A stretch of DNA of 64,000 nt from Methanomassiliicoccus sp. (GTDB lineage: Archaea; Thermoplasmatota; Thermoplasmata; Methanomassiliicoccales; UBA472). The stretch lies in contig SPCU01000001.1 of the NCBI GenBank assembly GCA_004525545.1, forward strand, positions 3,468 through 67,467, given 5' to 3'. Shown here piece by piece: positions 8,707-18,361 of this stretch; the first letter of the stretch is position 1, and each line of letters opens with the position of its first letter. A model generated the notes under the pieces. That model did not search any database and was not told where the DNA came from. It saw only the letters and a list, made by a program, of their open reading frames with translations. The position numbers and the translations under genes were made by a program.

Positions 8707-9476
8707 GGATCAAGTGCCGCACGATATTCAAAGGAAAGGCCATCGGTCGAATTCTGATGATCGATGAACCGTTCAGCTTCCTGGGTGGCGTGGATCCCCG
8801 CAGTGGTCTCCTGACGGTGGCTTCCGGAAGGGAGGGGGAGAACGTGGAAGGAAGGATACTGGCATTCCCCTATGGAAAGGGGTCAACGGTCGGTTCCTAC
8901 ACTATCTTGGACCTAAAGAAGAACAAACACATGCCCGCGGCGATAATCAACGCCAAAGCGGAGACCATCGTGGCCACCGGGGCGGTCATGGCAGGTCTGC
9001 CCATGGTGGATTCATTGGACCTTTCCACCCTAAGGGACGGAGATAGGGTCCTGATCGACGACGGCACCCTGGATCTGATCGATGTCCAAGAGAAACGGGT
9101 GGTCACGTGCATATTACGTAGGAAAGGTAAGATGCTCATCCTCAAACGTAGTCAGAAAGTGGGGACGAACAAGGGGAAATGGGCAGGGGTCAGCGGTTAT
9201 ATTGAGAGGGGTGAGAAGCCTGAGGAGACCGCCCTGAAGGAGGTTTCCGAAGAGACGGGCATCACCACCGCCCGCTTGGAAGGAAGGGGTGAGATGCTGC
9301 GCATCAGGGACGGAAATAACGTTTGGAACGTGTATCCCTTCCTCTTCGAAGTGGGCGACGAAAGCGTGGTCCTGGACTGGGAGCATGTCGAATCGACATG
9401 GATCGAACTGGATGAGTTGTCGAATTACGACACCGTGCCCGGTTTCATGATGGTACTAAAGACACTTGGCCTATAG
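8703..9476 (+). CDS. Aconitase X swivel subunit (DUF126) fused to a C-terminal Nudix hydrolase
   Basis: SFLGGVDP..GKGSTVGSY (DUF126), then Nudix box GYIERGEKPEETALKEVSEETG. Confidence 0.87.
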   Translation: MRIKCRTIFKGKAIGRILMIDEPFSFLGGVDPRSGLLTVASGREGENVEGRILAFPYGKGSTVGSYTILDLKKNKHMPAAIINAKAETIVATGAVMAGLPMVDSLDLSTLRDGDRVLIDDGTLDLIDVQEKRVVTCILRRKGKMLILKRSQKVGTNKGKWAGVSGYIERGEKPEETALKEVSEETGITTARLEGRGEMLRIRDGNNVWNVYPFLFEVGDESVVLDWEHVESTWIELDELSNYDTVPGFMMVLKTLGL

Positions 9477-12400
9477 AGCGCTGTCCACTTCCTTCTCCAG
9501 CAGGGTCAACTCGTTAGCATCCAGTGTGGAAGGGTTCAACACCATCAGCATGATGGAATTGTTGATCGCCACCTGGTCCCTAAGGGATTGTACGAAGCGC
9601 AGCACGGTTAGGAAGTTGTTGTTGGTGATCAAATATTCCAGACCGTCCAGCAATACCACTCCTTTCTCCTTGTTAAGGAACTGCTCCAGTGAATAGCTCA
9701 ACTTTTCCAGGTCCTTTGGACGCAGACTGTCCTCCTTGCCCACGTTGCTCAGCCAAATGATCGGCGTATCGTTCATTTCGTATTTGCTGCGTATCTTCAG
9801 TGGATAGTTGCGAGTAACGCAGAACCCTTTGGTACCCTTGTTCAACTGCTCTATGAACAGTTGATATGAGCGGTCCGAGCGGTCATCCTTGATGAGATAG
9901 CTGTAACCACCCTGCAACCCCTGCACCTTAGAATCGATCTCTGCCTCATCTTCGACCTCCGACAATAGCGAGGTGCCGCAAGATGGACATTTCAGGTCCC
10001 CAGCGGTAACTTCCCTTTTACAATTGGAGCATATGGTACAGCGTTCGAAACCGCCATCGTTGATGTATTTGATGATCTCATCTATGGTCTTGCTTCCCAA
10101 TCCTGGAACGGATTTGAACTCGTTCCGGTCGGCATTTTGCAGTTTCTCAATGGAATCGTATCCAGCGTCATAGAGCATCTCCGCTTTCAGCTCGTTCATG
10201 CGGGGAATGCGAAGGAGGTAAGGTATGATGTCCGCCTTCTCCATCGATTTTCCCAACGATGCCGGAACGGTCTTGTTCATCTCTGGCGTACGATCGAAGT
10301 AATGCAGTACCTTGCGCACATCGGCCTTGCTCATGTTGGTGCATTCCTCGATCTGCTCCTCGCTCATCAACTTGAGGTCTGTGGCGCTTCGGACACCTGC
10401 CCCAACCAAAGCCTCCGCGATCTTAGTGGTGATGGCAGGGATATCGGCCAGCTCTTTGATGGAATCCTTCAGGTTCATGGAAGTGACGCCGATCTCCACA
10501 TTTTCGCCCTCGATCTTCCATTTGGTGACTATCTCGCCTTGAGGTTCCAGCACAAGTTCCATGGATTTAGAGCGAACCTCGCTCATGATGTGGGTCTTCC
10601 ACATTTTCAGAAACTCGCTCACCTTAGCCTCGGCGCTGATCTCCACCTTGACGAACTCCTCTACATCAAGTTTCATTTCCTTGCGGGTCTGCTGTATCCG
10701 CCTGGTGATCTCACGCGAAAAGCCCTCGGCCTCTATCTCACGGGTGATCTCGAAGTCGAGGTACAGCTCACCGGCACTAAAGCTGGTGGCGTAGACATCT
10801 TTGGGTAGTGATATGGTGAACGAGACCATGTTTGGCTCGATCTTGACCAACTGACCTTCTATGCCCAATGAGTACTCTCCACGTTGCATGCTCTCCTTGA
10901 TGAGGTTGGCCGGCCGGCTCTGCAGCAGGACGGCGATCTTGGAAGCCCATTGCCGATAGACCTTTCCAATGGCTAGAGGGTTCGGTACCACGTTGAGCAC
11001 CGTCTCCGCCCATTCCTCGCCCGGAGACACATACTCAACCTGTTTGACATTGGTCTGAGAACGTAGGATGTCTTCCATGGAGCGTAGGGCCATGAGCGTG
11101 TCGTTGTTCTCCACCTTAATTACGATCCTCTTCATGGGCCAGCGCAACTTCACGTTCTTGAGCTGACGTTCCTTGGTCACGGTCTCCACTATCTCTTGGA
11201 CCAGAGACATGGCCTTTTCCAACCTTTCGTCAACTCTAGTTAGGTCGCTAGATGGCCAGTCCATCATGTGCACGGTAATCTTTTCCCCGTCCAAGTGTCG
11301 GTAGACCTCCTCCGTCAGGTGCGGGCATATCGGCGCCATCAGTAATGCCGTGTCCATGATGGCATCGTACAAGGTACGGTAGGCTGCCAGCTTTCCGGAA
11401 TCGCCTTCCTCGTCCCACATACGATCGCGGATCAACCTCACGTACCAGCGGGAAAGGTCCTCCAGTATGTAATTTTCGATGGCCCTTCCAGCCTTATGCA
11501 GCTCCAAGGCATTGATCTGACGGGTGACCTCGTTCTTCAGTTTCTCCGTCATGGATATAAGCCAGATATCCTCCTGTTGCAGATGTGGCCTCACTCCTTC
11601 GCGGGTCACCTTTGTTGGATCGAACTTATCTATGGCCATATAGGTCGTGGCGAAGTTCACCACGTTCCAGAAGACGTTCAATGTCTTCCGGGCGTTCTTC
11701 ACCCCTTCCATCTGGAACGGTATATCCTCCCAGGGGGCGGATGTCTTGATGAGATAGAAGCGCAGGGCGTCGGCACCATATTCCTTGATGACCTTCCCTG
11801 GTTCCACGACATTGCCTTTGCTCTTTGACATCGGCTGTCCATGGCTATCAAGCATCCAGCCATGCATGAGCACCGATTCATAAGGAGCACGCCCGAAGGC
11901 GATTATACCTGCAGCAAGCTGAGAATAGAACCAGCCGCGAGTCTGGTCGTGGGCCTCCACTATGAATTTGGCAGGCCACAAACGCTCGAATGCTTCCCTC
12001 TTTTTGGGAAATCCCAATTGGGCCCAGGAAGCCACCGCGGAGTCGAACCAAACGTCAAGGACATCAGGTATTCGGGACATCTGCTCACCGCACTTGGGGC
12101 AAGGCAGCTTCACTTGGTCGATCCAAGGCCGGTGCAGTTCCATGTCTGGATGATATCCTTCCGCACCCTGCAGCTCATCGGTCAAACCGACGACCTTGAT
12201 CTCACCGCAGTCGCAGGTCCAGATGGGAATGGGTATTCCCCAGTACCTCTGTCGAGATATGCACCAGTCCCGAGCGTTCATGGTCCAGTCGTACTCTCGG
12301 GAGGAGCCGGCCCAATCCGGGGTCCATCGTACCTTCTCGATCTCTTCGAGCATCTGGTTCTTGACCTGAGTTATCCGTAGGAACCACTGATCGGTGGTTC

Positions 12401-13646
12401 GGAAGATGATCGGTGAATTACAACGCCAACAATGCCCGAAACGGTGCTCTATGACCCCGTTGAAGAACAGACGGTCCTTGGCCTCCAGGTCCTTTATCAG
12501 TTCCGGGTTGGCCTTCTTAATATGCATGCCTATATACTTATGTCCGACCAGTTGTGTGAAAAGGCCGGCTTCGTCGACCGGGCAGAACGGTTCCAGGCCA
12601 AACTCCTTTCCTAAATCGAAATCCTCCGGACCGTGGCCCGGGGCGATATGGACCAGCCCCGTGTTTGAAGCTTCTACCGTCTTGGAGGGGATCACCCTGT
12701 GCAACCATTTCCCGGAGGCGGTCGATTGGTAAGGGACCTCGTCTATGAATGGCGTTACATATTCCATTCCTACAAGGTCGTCACCTTGGATCTCCTGCAG
12801 CACCTCGTACTTCTCCCATCCACCCAGACCCTTGATCTCTTCCTCTAATCCCTTAAGGATGATGACCGTGTCCGTTTCTCCTATCCTCCGGTAACGTACT
12901 TTGATATAATCGAAATCGGGGTGGGCGGCAACAGCCAAGTTAGCTGGCAAGGTCCAAGGAGTGGTCGTCCAGATCAGCAATGAGACCTTGGGGTCGTCCT
13001 TGAGCTTGAACTTGACGTAGATGGAAGGGTCCTTCTCATCTGAATAATTGATCTCGGCCTCGGCCAGAGCGGTCTCGCATCGAGGACAGCCAGGAAGCAC
13101 CCTGTTAGCCTTTACCAGCAGACCTTTGTCGAATGCCCTCTTCAATGTCCACCAGGCCGCTTCGATATAACCGGGGCTGATGGTCAGATAAGGATTATCC
13201 CAGTCGAACCATACGCCCAGTTCTTTAAAGTCCTTGTTCATTTTCTTTTGGAAGTCCAGGGCAAAGCTCTTGCATGTTCCGACGAAGCGGTCTATACCGT
13301 ACTCTTCGATCTCCTTCTTGTTCTTGACACCAATGGACTTCTCCACCTTGACCTCGATGGGCAGTCCATGCATGTCGTATCCCGGAGTGTCGGTGACATT
13401 GAACTTCTGCATCCGCTTGAACCTGACCATAATGTCCTTGATGGTCTTGTTCATCGCCGTACCGAGGTGAATATACCCGGTAGTGTACGGTGGACCGTCC
13501 ACAAAATAGAAGTCCGGCCCTTTGGCCCGAGATTCCTTGGTCTTCCTGTAAGAGTCGGTCTCGGCCCAATAGGCCTGTACCGCGATCTCCAGCTCACTTG
13601 GGTTATAGCTACCTTGGACCTGCTTTATCATCGCCGTCCCTACCAC
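9471..13646 (-). CDS. ileS: Isoleucine--tRNA ligase with C-terminal HhH repeats, zinc ribbon and DUF835 domain
   Basis: DGPPY..HLGT, WTTTPWTL, DWCISRQRYWG, MSKSKGN, then a ~330 aa extension; start may be ATG 13631. Confidence 0.95.
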   Translation of the reverse strand: MVGTAMIKQVQGSYNPSELEIAVQAYWAETDSYRKTKESRAKGPDFYFVDGPPYTTGYIHLGTAMNKTIKDIMVRFKRMQKFNVTDTPGYDMHGLPIEVKVEKSIGVKNKKEIEEYGIDRFVGTCKSFALDFQKKMNKDFKELGVWFDWDNPYLTISPGYIEAAWWTLKRAFDKGLLVKANRVLPGCPRCETALAEAEINYSDEKDPSIYVKFKLKDDPKVSLLIWTTTPWTLPANLAVAAHPDFDYIKVRYRRIGETDTVIILKGLEEEIKGLGGWEKYEVLQEIQGDDLVGMEYVTPFIDEVPYQSTASGKWLHRVIPSKTVEASNTGLVHIAPGHGPEDFDLGKEFGLEPFCPVDEAGLFTQLVGHKYIGMHIKKANPELIKDLEAKDRLFFNGVIEHRFGHCWRCNSPIIFRTTDQWFLRITQVKNQMLEEIEKVRWTPDWAGSSREYDWTMNARDWCISRQRYWGIPIPIWTCDCGEIKVVGLTDELQGAEGYHPDMELHRPWIDQVKLPCPKCGEQMSRIPDVLDVWFDSAVASWAQLGFPKKREAFERLWPAKFIVEAHDQTRGWFYSQLAAGIIAFGRAPYESVLMHGWMLDSHGQPMSKSKGNVVEPGKVIKEYGADALRFYLIKTSAPWEDIPFQMEGVKNARKTLNVFWNVVNFATTYMAIDKFDPTKVTREGVRPHLQQEDIWLISMTEKLKNEVTRQINALELHKAGRAIENYILEDLSRWYVRLIRDRMWDEEGDSGKLAAYRTLYDAIMDTALLMAPICPHLTEEVYRHLDGEKITVHMMDWPSSDLTRVDERLEKAMSLVQEIVETVTKERQLKNVKLRWPMKRIVIKVENNDTLMALRSMEDILRSQTNVKQVEYVSPGEEWAETVLNVVPNPLAIGKVYRQWASKIAVLLQSRPANLIKESMQRGEYSLGIEGQLVKIEPNMVSFTISLPKDVYATSFSAGELYLDFEITREIEAEGFSREITRRIQQTRKEMKLDVEEFVKVEISAEAKVSEFLKMWKTHIMSEVRSKSMELVLEPQGEIVTKWKIEGENVEIGVTSMNLKDSIKELADIPAITTKIAEALVGAGVRSATDLKLMSEEQIEECTNMSKADVRKVLHYFDRTPEMNKTVPASLGKSMEKADIIPYLLRIPRMNELKAEMLYDAGYDSIEKLQNADRNEFKSVPGLGSKTIDEIIKYINDGGFERCTICSNCKREVTAGDLKCPSCGTSLLSEVEDEAEIDSKVQGLQGGYSYLIKDDRSDRSYQLFIEQLNKGTKGFCVTRNYPLKIRSKYEMNDTPIIWLSNVGKEDSLRPKDLEKLSYSLEQFLNKEKGVVLLDGLEYLITNNNFLTVLRFVQSLRDQVAINNSIMLMVLNPSTLDANELTLLEKEVDSAL

Positions 13647-13721
13647 CCCTTATCTAATGTCAACCTTTTAAAGGTCTTGGTCCTGGCTACCATTTGAAAT
13701 ACAAAAACATGTATAAATTGA

Positions 13722-14732
13722 TCAGAACATGTCCAAACGCCGCTGGTTCTTCTTACCGGAGGAGAACTTTTCCAAAGCGGACGCGACGCGCTTCTCGGTG
13801 AAACCGTACTCTCCGCAAAGCATTTCCCTGACCTTCTCGTGATCAGGTGCTTCCCACCGCAGTCGATAATCATCGGTACGTTCGAAGTTCAGGAAGATCG
13901 ACTCCACTTGATCGAGATCGTGTTCGTCCAAGCCAAGGGCCCTGAGCGCCGAAGAAAGGTCATGGTGCTCCTTGATCAACTTGAGGGCTTTCTTCGGCCC
14001 TATACCCATGACCCCCGGATTGAAGTCCGTTCCAACAAGTAGGCAGAGGTCTACCAATTGCCGAGCGTCGATGCCCAGGTTCAGCAGTGTTTCCTCCTGG
14101 TCGATGAGCTGGGTGCGTACCTCACGGTACTCGTTACGGCCAGGCATCTTCCTTCGTCCGGAGAGGGTTAGGTTCCGCACCAGACGCGGAGTTCCGAACA
14201 GCAGGGAGTCGAAGTCCTGAGAGGCCGATGCCCATACGTCCCCTTTAGCGCACATGTACGCTGCTTGGGCCTCGCCCTCTTCCGGTGCCTGGATCACCGG
14301 TATGCCAAGATGTGTGAGCAATATGCGTGATGATTGCACTATCTCGTTGGTGATACGGGATGATTGCGTAGCTTTGGAGTATGCTTTTCGTACATCCCCC
14401 TCGGCCTTTGCTAGTTCCCATTCCTTCTTGGCCGATTCCCGTCTCTCTCTCCTTTCCTTGATGGTCGCTTCCTTTTTTTCCGGAGAGATGCCATCGAAGA
14501 CGTAAGCCGGAAGAACCCCCATCTCCACTAGGTTGGCATTCCGGTTCAACAACCCCTCCAAGTGAGAGGTGACGCGGCCGCGGGGGTCCATCAGGGGAGT
14601 GCCGTCAGGCTGCCTTATCACCGAAAGGAATTGATAGATGGCATTGTAAGCGTCAATGGCGACGGAACGTCCCATCAGGTCCCTTGGTTCAATGTCCTTG
14701 GCGATGACTAGGTCTGAAAGGTTGACTCCCAT
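13722..14732 (-). CDS. fen: Flap endonuclease 1
   Basis: MGV, DAYNAIYQFL..IRQPDGTPL, EGEAQAA, SQDFDSLLFG, C-terminal PIP box QRRLDMF. Confidence 0.95.
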   Translation of the reverse strand: MGVNLSDLVIAKDIEPRDLMGRSVAIDAYNAIYQFLSVIRQPDGTPLMDPRGRVTSHLEGLLNRNANLVEMGVLPAYVFDGISPEKKEATIKERRERRESAKKEWELAKAEGDVRKAYSKATQSSRITNEIVQSSRILLTHLGIPVIQAPEEGEAQAAYMCAKGDVWASASQDFDSLLFGTPRLVRNLTLSGRRKMPGRNEYREVRTQLIDQEETLLNLGIDARQLVDLCLLVGTDFNPGVMGIGPKKALKLIKEHHDLSSALRALGLDEHDLDQVESIFLNFERTDDYRLRWEAPDHEKVREMLCGEYGFTEKRVASALEKFSSGKKNQRRLDMF

Positions 14733-14795
14733 GTTCCCGGTGATGTTATGACACCCGGCCATAAAGTTATTGTCCAAGGCACCAATCGATACATC

Positions 14796-15005
14796 ATGCG
14801 GGACGAGCACGTTTCTGCCGGAAAAAGACCGGTGGAGGAGGGTCAGGTCTATGATGTCACCATCACAGATATCGGTGAGAGAGGTGACGGCATAGGCAAG
14901 ATCGAAGGATTGGTCATCATCATCCCGGACACCACTCCCGGTGAGACGGTGAAGGTGCGCATAACCCGTTTGGAGAGAAAAGTGGCCTTCGGACGAAAGG
15001 TTTGA
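14796..15005 (+). CDS. TRAM-domain RNA-binding protein
   Basis: PVEEGQVYDVTITDIGERGDGIGKIEG. Confidence 0.88.
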   Translation: MRDEHVSAGKRPVEEGQVYDVTITDIGERGDGIGKIEGLVIIIPDTTPGETVKVRITRLERKVAFGRKV

Positions 15006-15179
15006 TCAACCTTCGGCCTTGGGCAGATACAACATCATTAGGCCAACACCCATCCATAGGATGGCCAGCATAATGACCCAGATGTTGGGGGCCACGATCA
15101 GGGCGGCAAAGAGGATGAGCAGCGGGACCATGACGGTCAAGAATAAGACCATCTGCTTATCGGATATCTTCAGCAACAT
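15006..15179 (-). CDS. Small two-TM membrane protein (57 aa; below the ORF-track cutoff)
   Basis: Manual translation MLLKISDKQMVLFLTVMVPLLILFAALIVAPNIWVIMLAILWMGVGLMMLYLPKAEG; fills the gap exactly. Confidence 0.65.
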   Translation of the reverse strand: MLLKISDKQMVLFLTVMVPLLILFAALIVAPNIWVIMLAILWMGVGLMMLYLPKAEG

Positions 15180-15222
15180 AGCAACTCCGCAATACCGCCC
15201 CTCGATATGAAGTTAACTGAGC

Positions 15223-15633
15223 TTAGTCCACATCCTTTTTCTTGTTTACGAACTTGATGCCTGCCCAATCATCGTCCAGAGCTGATATCTTGACCTCGGC
15301 CATACCATGGCCGGTGCCAACTTCCCTTACGGTCAGGCCGACGATGTCCGACTCGATCTTGGATGAAGTGCGTGGATATGAGATCCAGAAGATACCTTCC
15401 CTCTTCAGACTCCGCATGAGTTTGGGGAACTCCCTTCTCAATTCATCCTCGGAGGAGGTGAACAATTGGACGAAATCAAGATCAGTTTCGCTACCGTTAA
15501 CTTCAACAACATTCTTTGGTAAGCGGCCCAATGCCAGATCGTACTTCAAAGGGGGATTGATTATACGAATTCTTTGTCCCTCTTTAATGCCTAGCTTAGC
15601 CACCAATGATTTTTTAGAGCCTATTCGTGCCAT
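15223..15633 (-). CDS. DUF3052-like protein
   Basis: KSLVAKLGIKEG, GIFWISYP, KISALDDDWAGIKF; start at ATG 15633. Confidence 0.72.
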   Translation of the reverse strand: MARIGSKKSLVAKLGIKEGQRIRIINPPLKYDLALGRLPKNVVEVNGSETDLDFVQLFTSSEDELRREFPKLMRSLKREGIFWISYPRTSSKIESDIVGLTVREVGTGHGMAEVKISALDDDWAGIKFVNKKKDVD

Positions 15634-15739
15634 GAGTAGATCATTCTCACGATGTACATGGACCCTATCGTTTAAATACGACAAGGTTCGCCCTAGATTC
15701 GGGTTCTCCGTTATTATACTTGCTATTGCCCCGATGACA

Positions 15740-16387
15740 TTAAAAACCGTGCCAAAGTGCGATCTCCGCTGACATATCCGCGGATTTAAATAGGGATGAA
15801 CCTGCAGCCAGTACCGTCGCTCCGGCCTTCGCGCACTGTAAACCGGTGCTCCGGTTGATGCCGCCATCGATCTCGATCTCAAAATTCAGCCCGTTCTTCT
15901 TCCGATGTTCGCTCGCCTTGGAAATTTTAGGCAGTATCTCAGGTTTGAAGGACTGACCACCGAAACCGGGCTGTACGGTCATGATCAGTAATAGATCGAT
16001 ATCCCCTAAGAACGGTTCCACAAGGGAAAGATCGGTGCCTGGATTAAGAGAGATGCCGGGCTTTCTGCCAAGGCGCCTTATCTCGTTCAACGTCTTTTCC
16101 ATGTCCTCAGTGGCCTCAACGTGCACCGTTATGTAGTCCGCCCCGCTTTCAGCGAACTGCTTCAGGTATCGCTCAGGACGCTCGATCATAAGATGCACAT
16201 CGAAGGGGATGGTGGCATGGGGTCGTAAGGCCTTGATCACGTCGGGACCGATGGTCAGATTAGGAACGAACATACCGTCCATCACATCCACATGCACCCA
16301 ATCCGCCCCAGCTCGTTGCAATCGGTGCACCTCCTCTCCTAAACGGGAGAAGTCCGCGGACAGTATCGATGGAGCTACCTTGACCAT
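15740..16387 (-). CDS. rpe: Ribulose-phosphate 3-epimerase
   Basis: APSILSADF, HVDVMDG, DVHLM, MTVQPGFGGQ, IDGGI. Confidence 0.95.
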   Translation of the reverse strand: MVKVAPSILSADFSRLGEEVHRLQRAGADWVHVDVMDGMFVPNLTIGPDVIKALRPHATIPFDVHLMIERPERYLKQFAESGADYITVHVEATEDMEKTLNEIRRLGRKPGISLNPGTDLSLVEPFLGDIDLLLIMTVQPGFGGQSFKPEILPKISKASEHRKKNGLNFEIEIDGGINRSTGLQCAKAGATVLAAGSSLFKSADMSAEIALWHGF

Positions 16388-16485
16388 TTTAAGAACCTCA
16401 GACGAACGTTCCAGAGATGTCCGGTGGGGTAAAAATACTTTGGATGGGGAGAAGAAAGACCTGCCCACCTATCAAGAGCGCCTGT

Positions 16486-16902
16486 TCAGGGGACAAGGAG
16501 CAGTGGTATCTTGATGTTCTGACTGACCTGACCCGCAACTCCCCCTAATGAGATGTAAGGGGCGGCAGAAGAACCTTTGCGGCCCATGATAACCAGGTCA
16601 TGGCGCGATGAGGCGGTCAATATCACCTCCGGGGGGTTTCCCTTCATTGTGCTGAGACAATATCGGCCGCCTGATTCCTCGATCAAGGAGATCGCCGCAT
16701 TCGATTTCGCTTTGGCGATGCCGTCAATGTCACAGGCCGGTGCGGTCTTCTCCATGAAATAATCGCAATCCATGGGGGTGACCACCACCAACAAGGTCAG
16801 ATAAGCGTCCAAGGGCACAAAAATGTCACGAGCCAGTTCCACAGCTCTCAAGGAGTTTTCGGAACCGTCCACGCAGACCAAGATTTTCAGGCGATCGTTC
16901 AT
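16486..16902 (-). CDS. Universal stress protein
   Basis: KILVCVDGSENS, DLVIMGRKG, LGGVA..PLLLVP. Confidence 0.85.
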   Translation of the reverse strand: MNDRLKILVCVDGSENSLRAVELARDIFVPLDAYLTLLVVVTPMDCDYFMEKTAPACDIDGIAKAKSNAAISLIEESGGRYCLSTMKGNPPEVILTASSRHDLVIMGRKGSSAAPYISLGGVAGQVSQNIKIPLLLVP

Positions 16903-16984
16903 GTCTTCATTATTGGATGAGGAACGCATAAGGATATCCCCGTAGAGGCAATCCTATTATATTGGCCATGGAGGTTCCAGGTAC

Positions 16985-17200
16985 ATGGCGGAAGCTCGTC
17001 ACGCTATCAAGCAACACAAGACCTGCGACATAAAGGGCTGCGAGGCTGAATCGGAGCGCTCCATTTCAGGGAACGCAGCCGAAGAGGTCAAGCTCAAAGT
17101 GGATGAAGGTCTAAAAAGGGTGCATCTGTGCAAGGAGCATTACCGGGAATTCAAAAAGCTGGCAAAGAAGGACCGCCAACTAGAGGCGCTTGGCCGTTGA
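16985..17200 (+). CDS. Small putative zinc-binding protein
   Basis: CDIKGC...LCKEHY ligand pattern; TATA-like element ~30 nt upstream. Confidence 0.7.
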   Translation: MAEARHAIKQHKTCDIKGCEAESERSISGNAAEEVKLKVDEGLKRVHLCKEHYREFKKLAKKDRQLEALGR

Positions 17201-17239
17201 TGAATAAAAAATGATTTCTCCGAGGGAGTCACCCATGGC

Positions 17240-18361
17240 ATGAAGGCCGGCTATATCCAGGTGATGTCGAGCGCCGGGCTTTCCGGTGCCGCCTTACTGA
17301 TCCCCAATATGCTCAGGGACGACCTGGGCGCGAACACCATGGAGATCGGTGTCATCACCGCCTCCTTCAGCATGGCACTTTTCATTTCGTCTTATATTTT
17401 CGGACGCGCCTCGGACGTGCATGGACGGCGCCTGTACCTTCAGGCCGGACTGGCCCTGACCTGCATCTCACTGTTCCTTTTGGTCTTCGTCAACAGCATC
17501 GAGACGCTGGCGGTAGTACGGATCATGGTCGGCCTATGTGCCGGTATCTATCCATCCGCATTGTTGGCGCATGTTTTCGAATCAGAAGGAAAGGTGGGTC
17601 GTTTCACCGCCTTTGGTAGCCTGGGTTTCGGTGTGGGTACGTTCGTGGCCGGTTTCGTGGGCATCTATTACCAGATATTCTTGATCAGTTCATTGATGCT
17701 CCTGGTGGCCTACATCATCTCCTTGCGCCTATCCTTCGGTGAAGAGAAGGTGCATAAGGTGCCGTTCTTCCCCGTTGCGATAATGAAACACAATTTCCCG
17801 GTGTACCTCTCGGTCATGTTCCGTCACACCGGTGCCAACATGATATGGGTCGTCTATCCGATCTTCCTGGCCGACCTGGGGGCAAGCATGCTGTTCATTG
17901 GCCTCATCTATGGGATCAATGCCACAGGGCAGTTCATCTTGATGCGCTTCATAGACCGGTTCAACGCAAGACATCTTGTCATGGCCGGGTTCCTGATATC
18001 GGTCATTACCTTTCCATCATTCACTTTGGTCACCCGGCCCGAGGAGATCATACCTATGCAGGTTTCCATCGCTGCGTCCTGGTCCTGTCTCTACGTCGGT
18101 TCCATCAAATATCTGATGGAGAGGAACGATGAAAAAGGCACCACCGCGGGTCTGCTGCAGTCCTCCCTGAGCATATCAGCCATCATGGGCGCTTTGTTCG
18201 GAGGGGTGACCGTGTTCACCTTGGGTTACCATGGTTCAATGTACATAGCCACCGGTCTGGCGGCTGTCGGGTTCCTTGTGTTCGTCCTCGGCAATCGATT
18301 CTTGACCCGGCGGGAGAAAATAGTTTTAGGTGGCAAAGGGGATGAGGGAACATGGACCTAA
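17240..18361 (+). CDS. MFS transporter
   Basis: GRASDVHGRR motif A; about 12 TM segments. Confidence 0.88.
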   Translation: MKAGYIQVMSSAGLSGAALLIPNMLRDDLGANTMEIGVITASFSMALFISSYIFGRASDVHGRRLYLQAGLALTCISLFLLVFVNSIETLAVVRIMVGLCAGIYPSALLAHVFESEGKVGRFTAFGSLGFGVGTFVAGFVGIYYQIFLISSLMLLVAYIISLRLSFGEEKVHKVPFFPVAIMKHNFPVYLSVMFRHTGANMIWVVYPIFLADLGASMLFIGLIYGINATGQFILMRFIDRFNARHLVMAGFLISVITFPSFTLVTRPEEIIPMQVSIAASWSCLYVGSIKYLMERNDEKGTTAGLLQSSLSISAIMGALFGGVTVFTLGYHGSMYIATGLAAVGFLVFVLGNRFLTRREKIVLGGKGDEGTWT

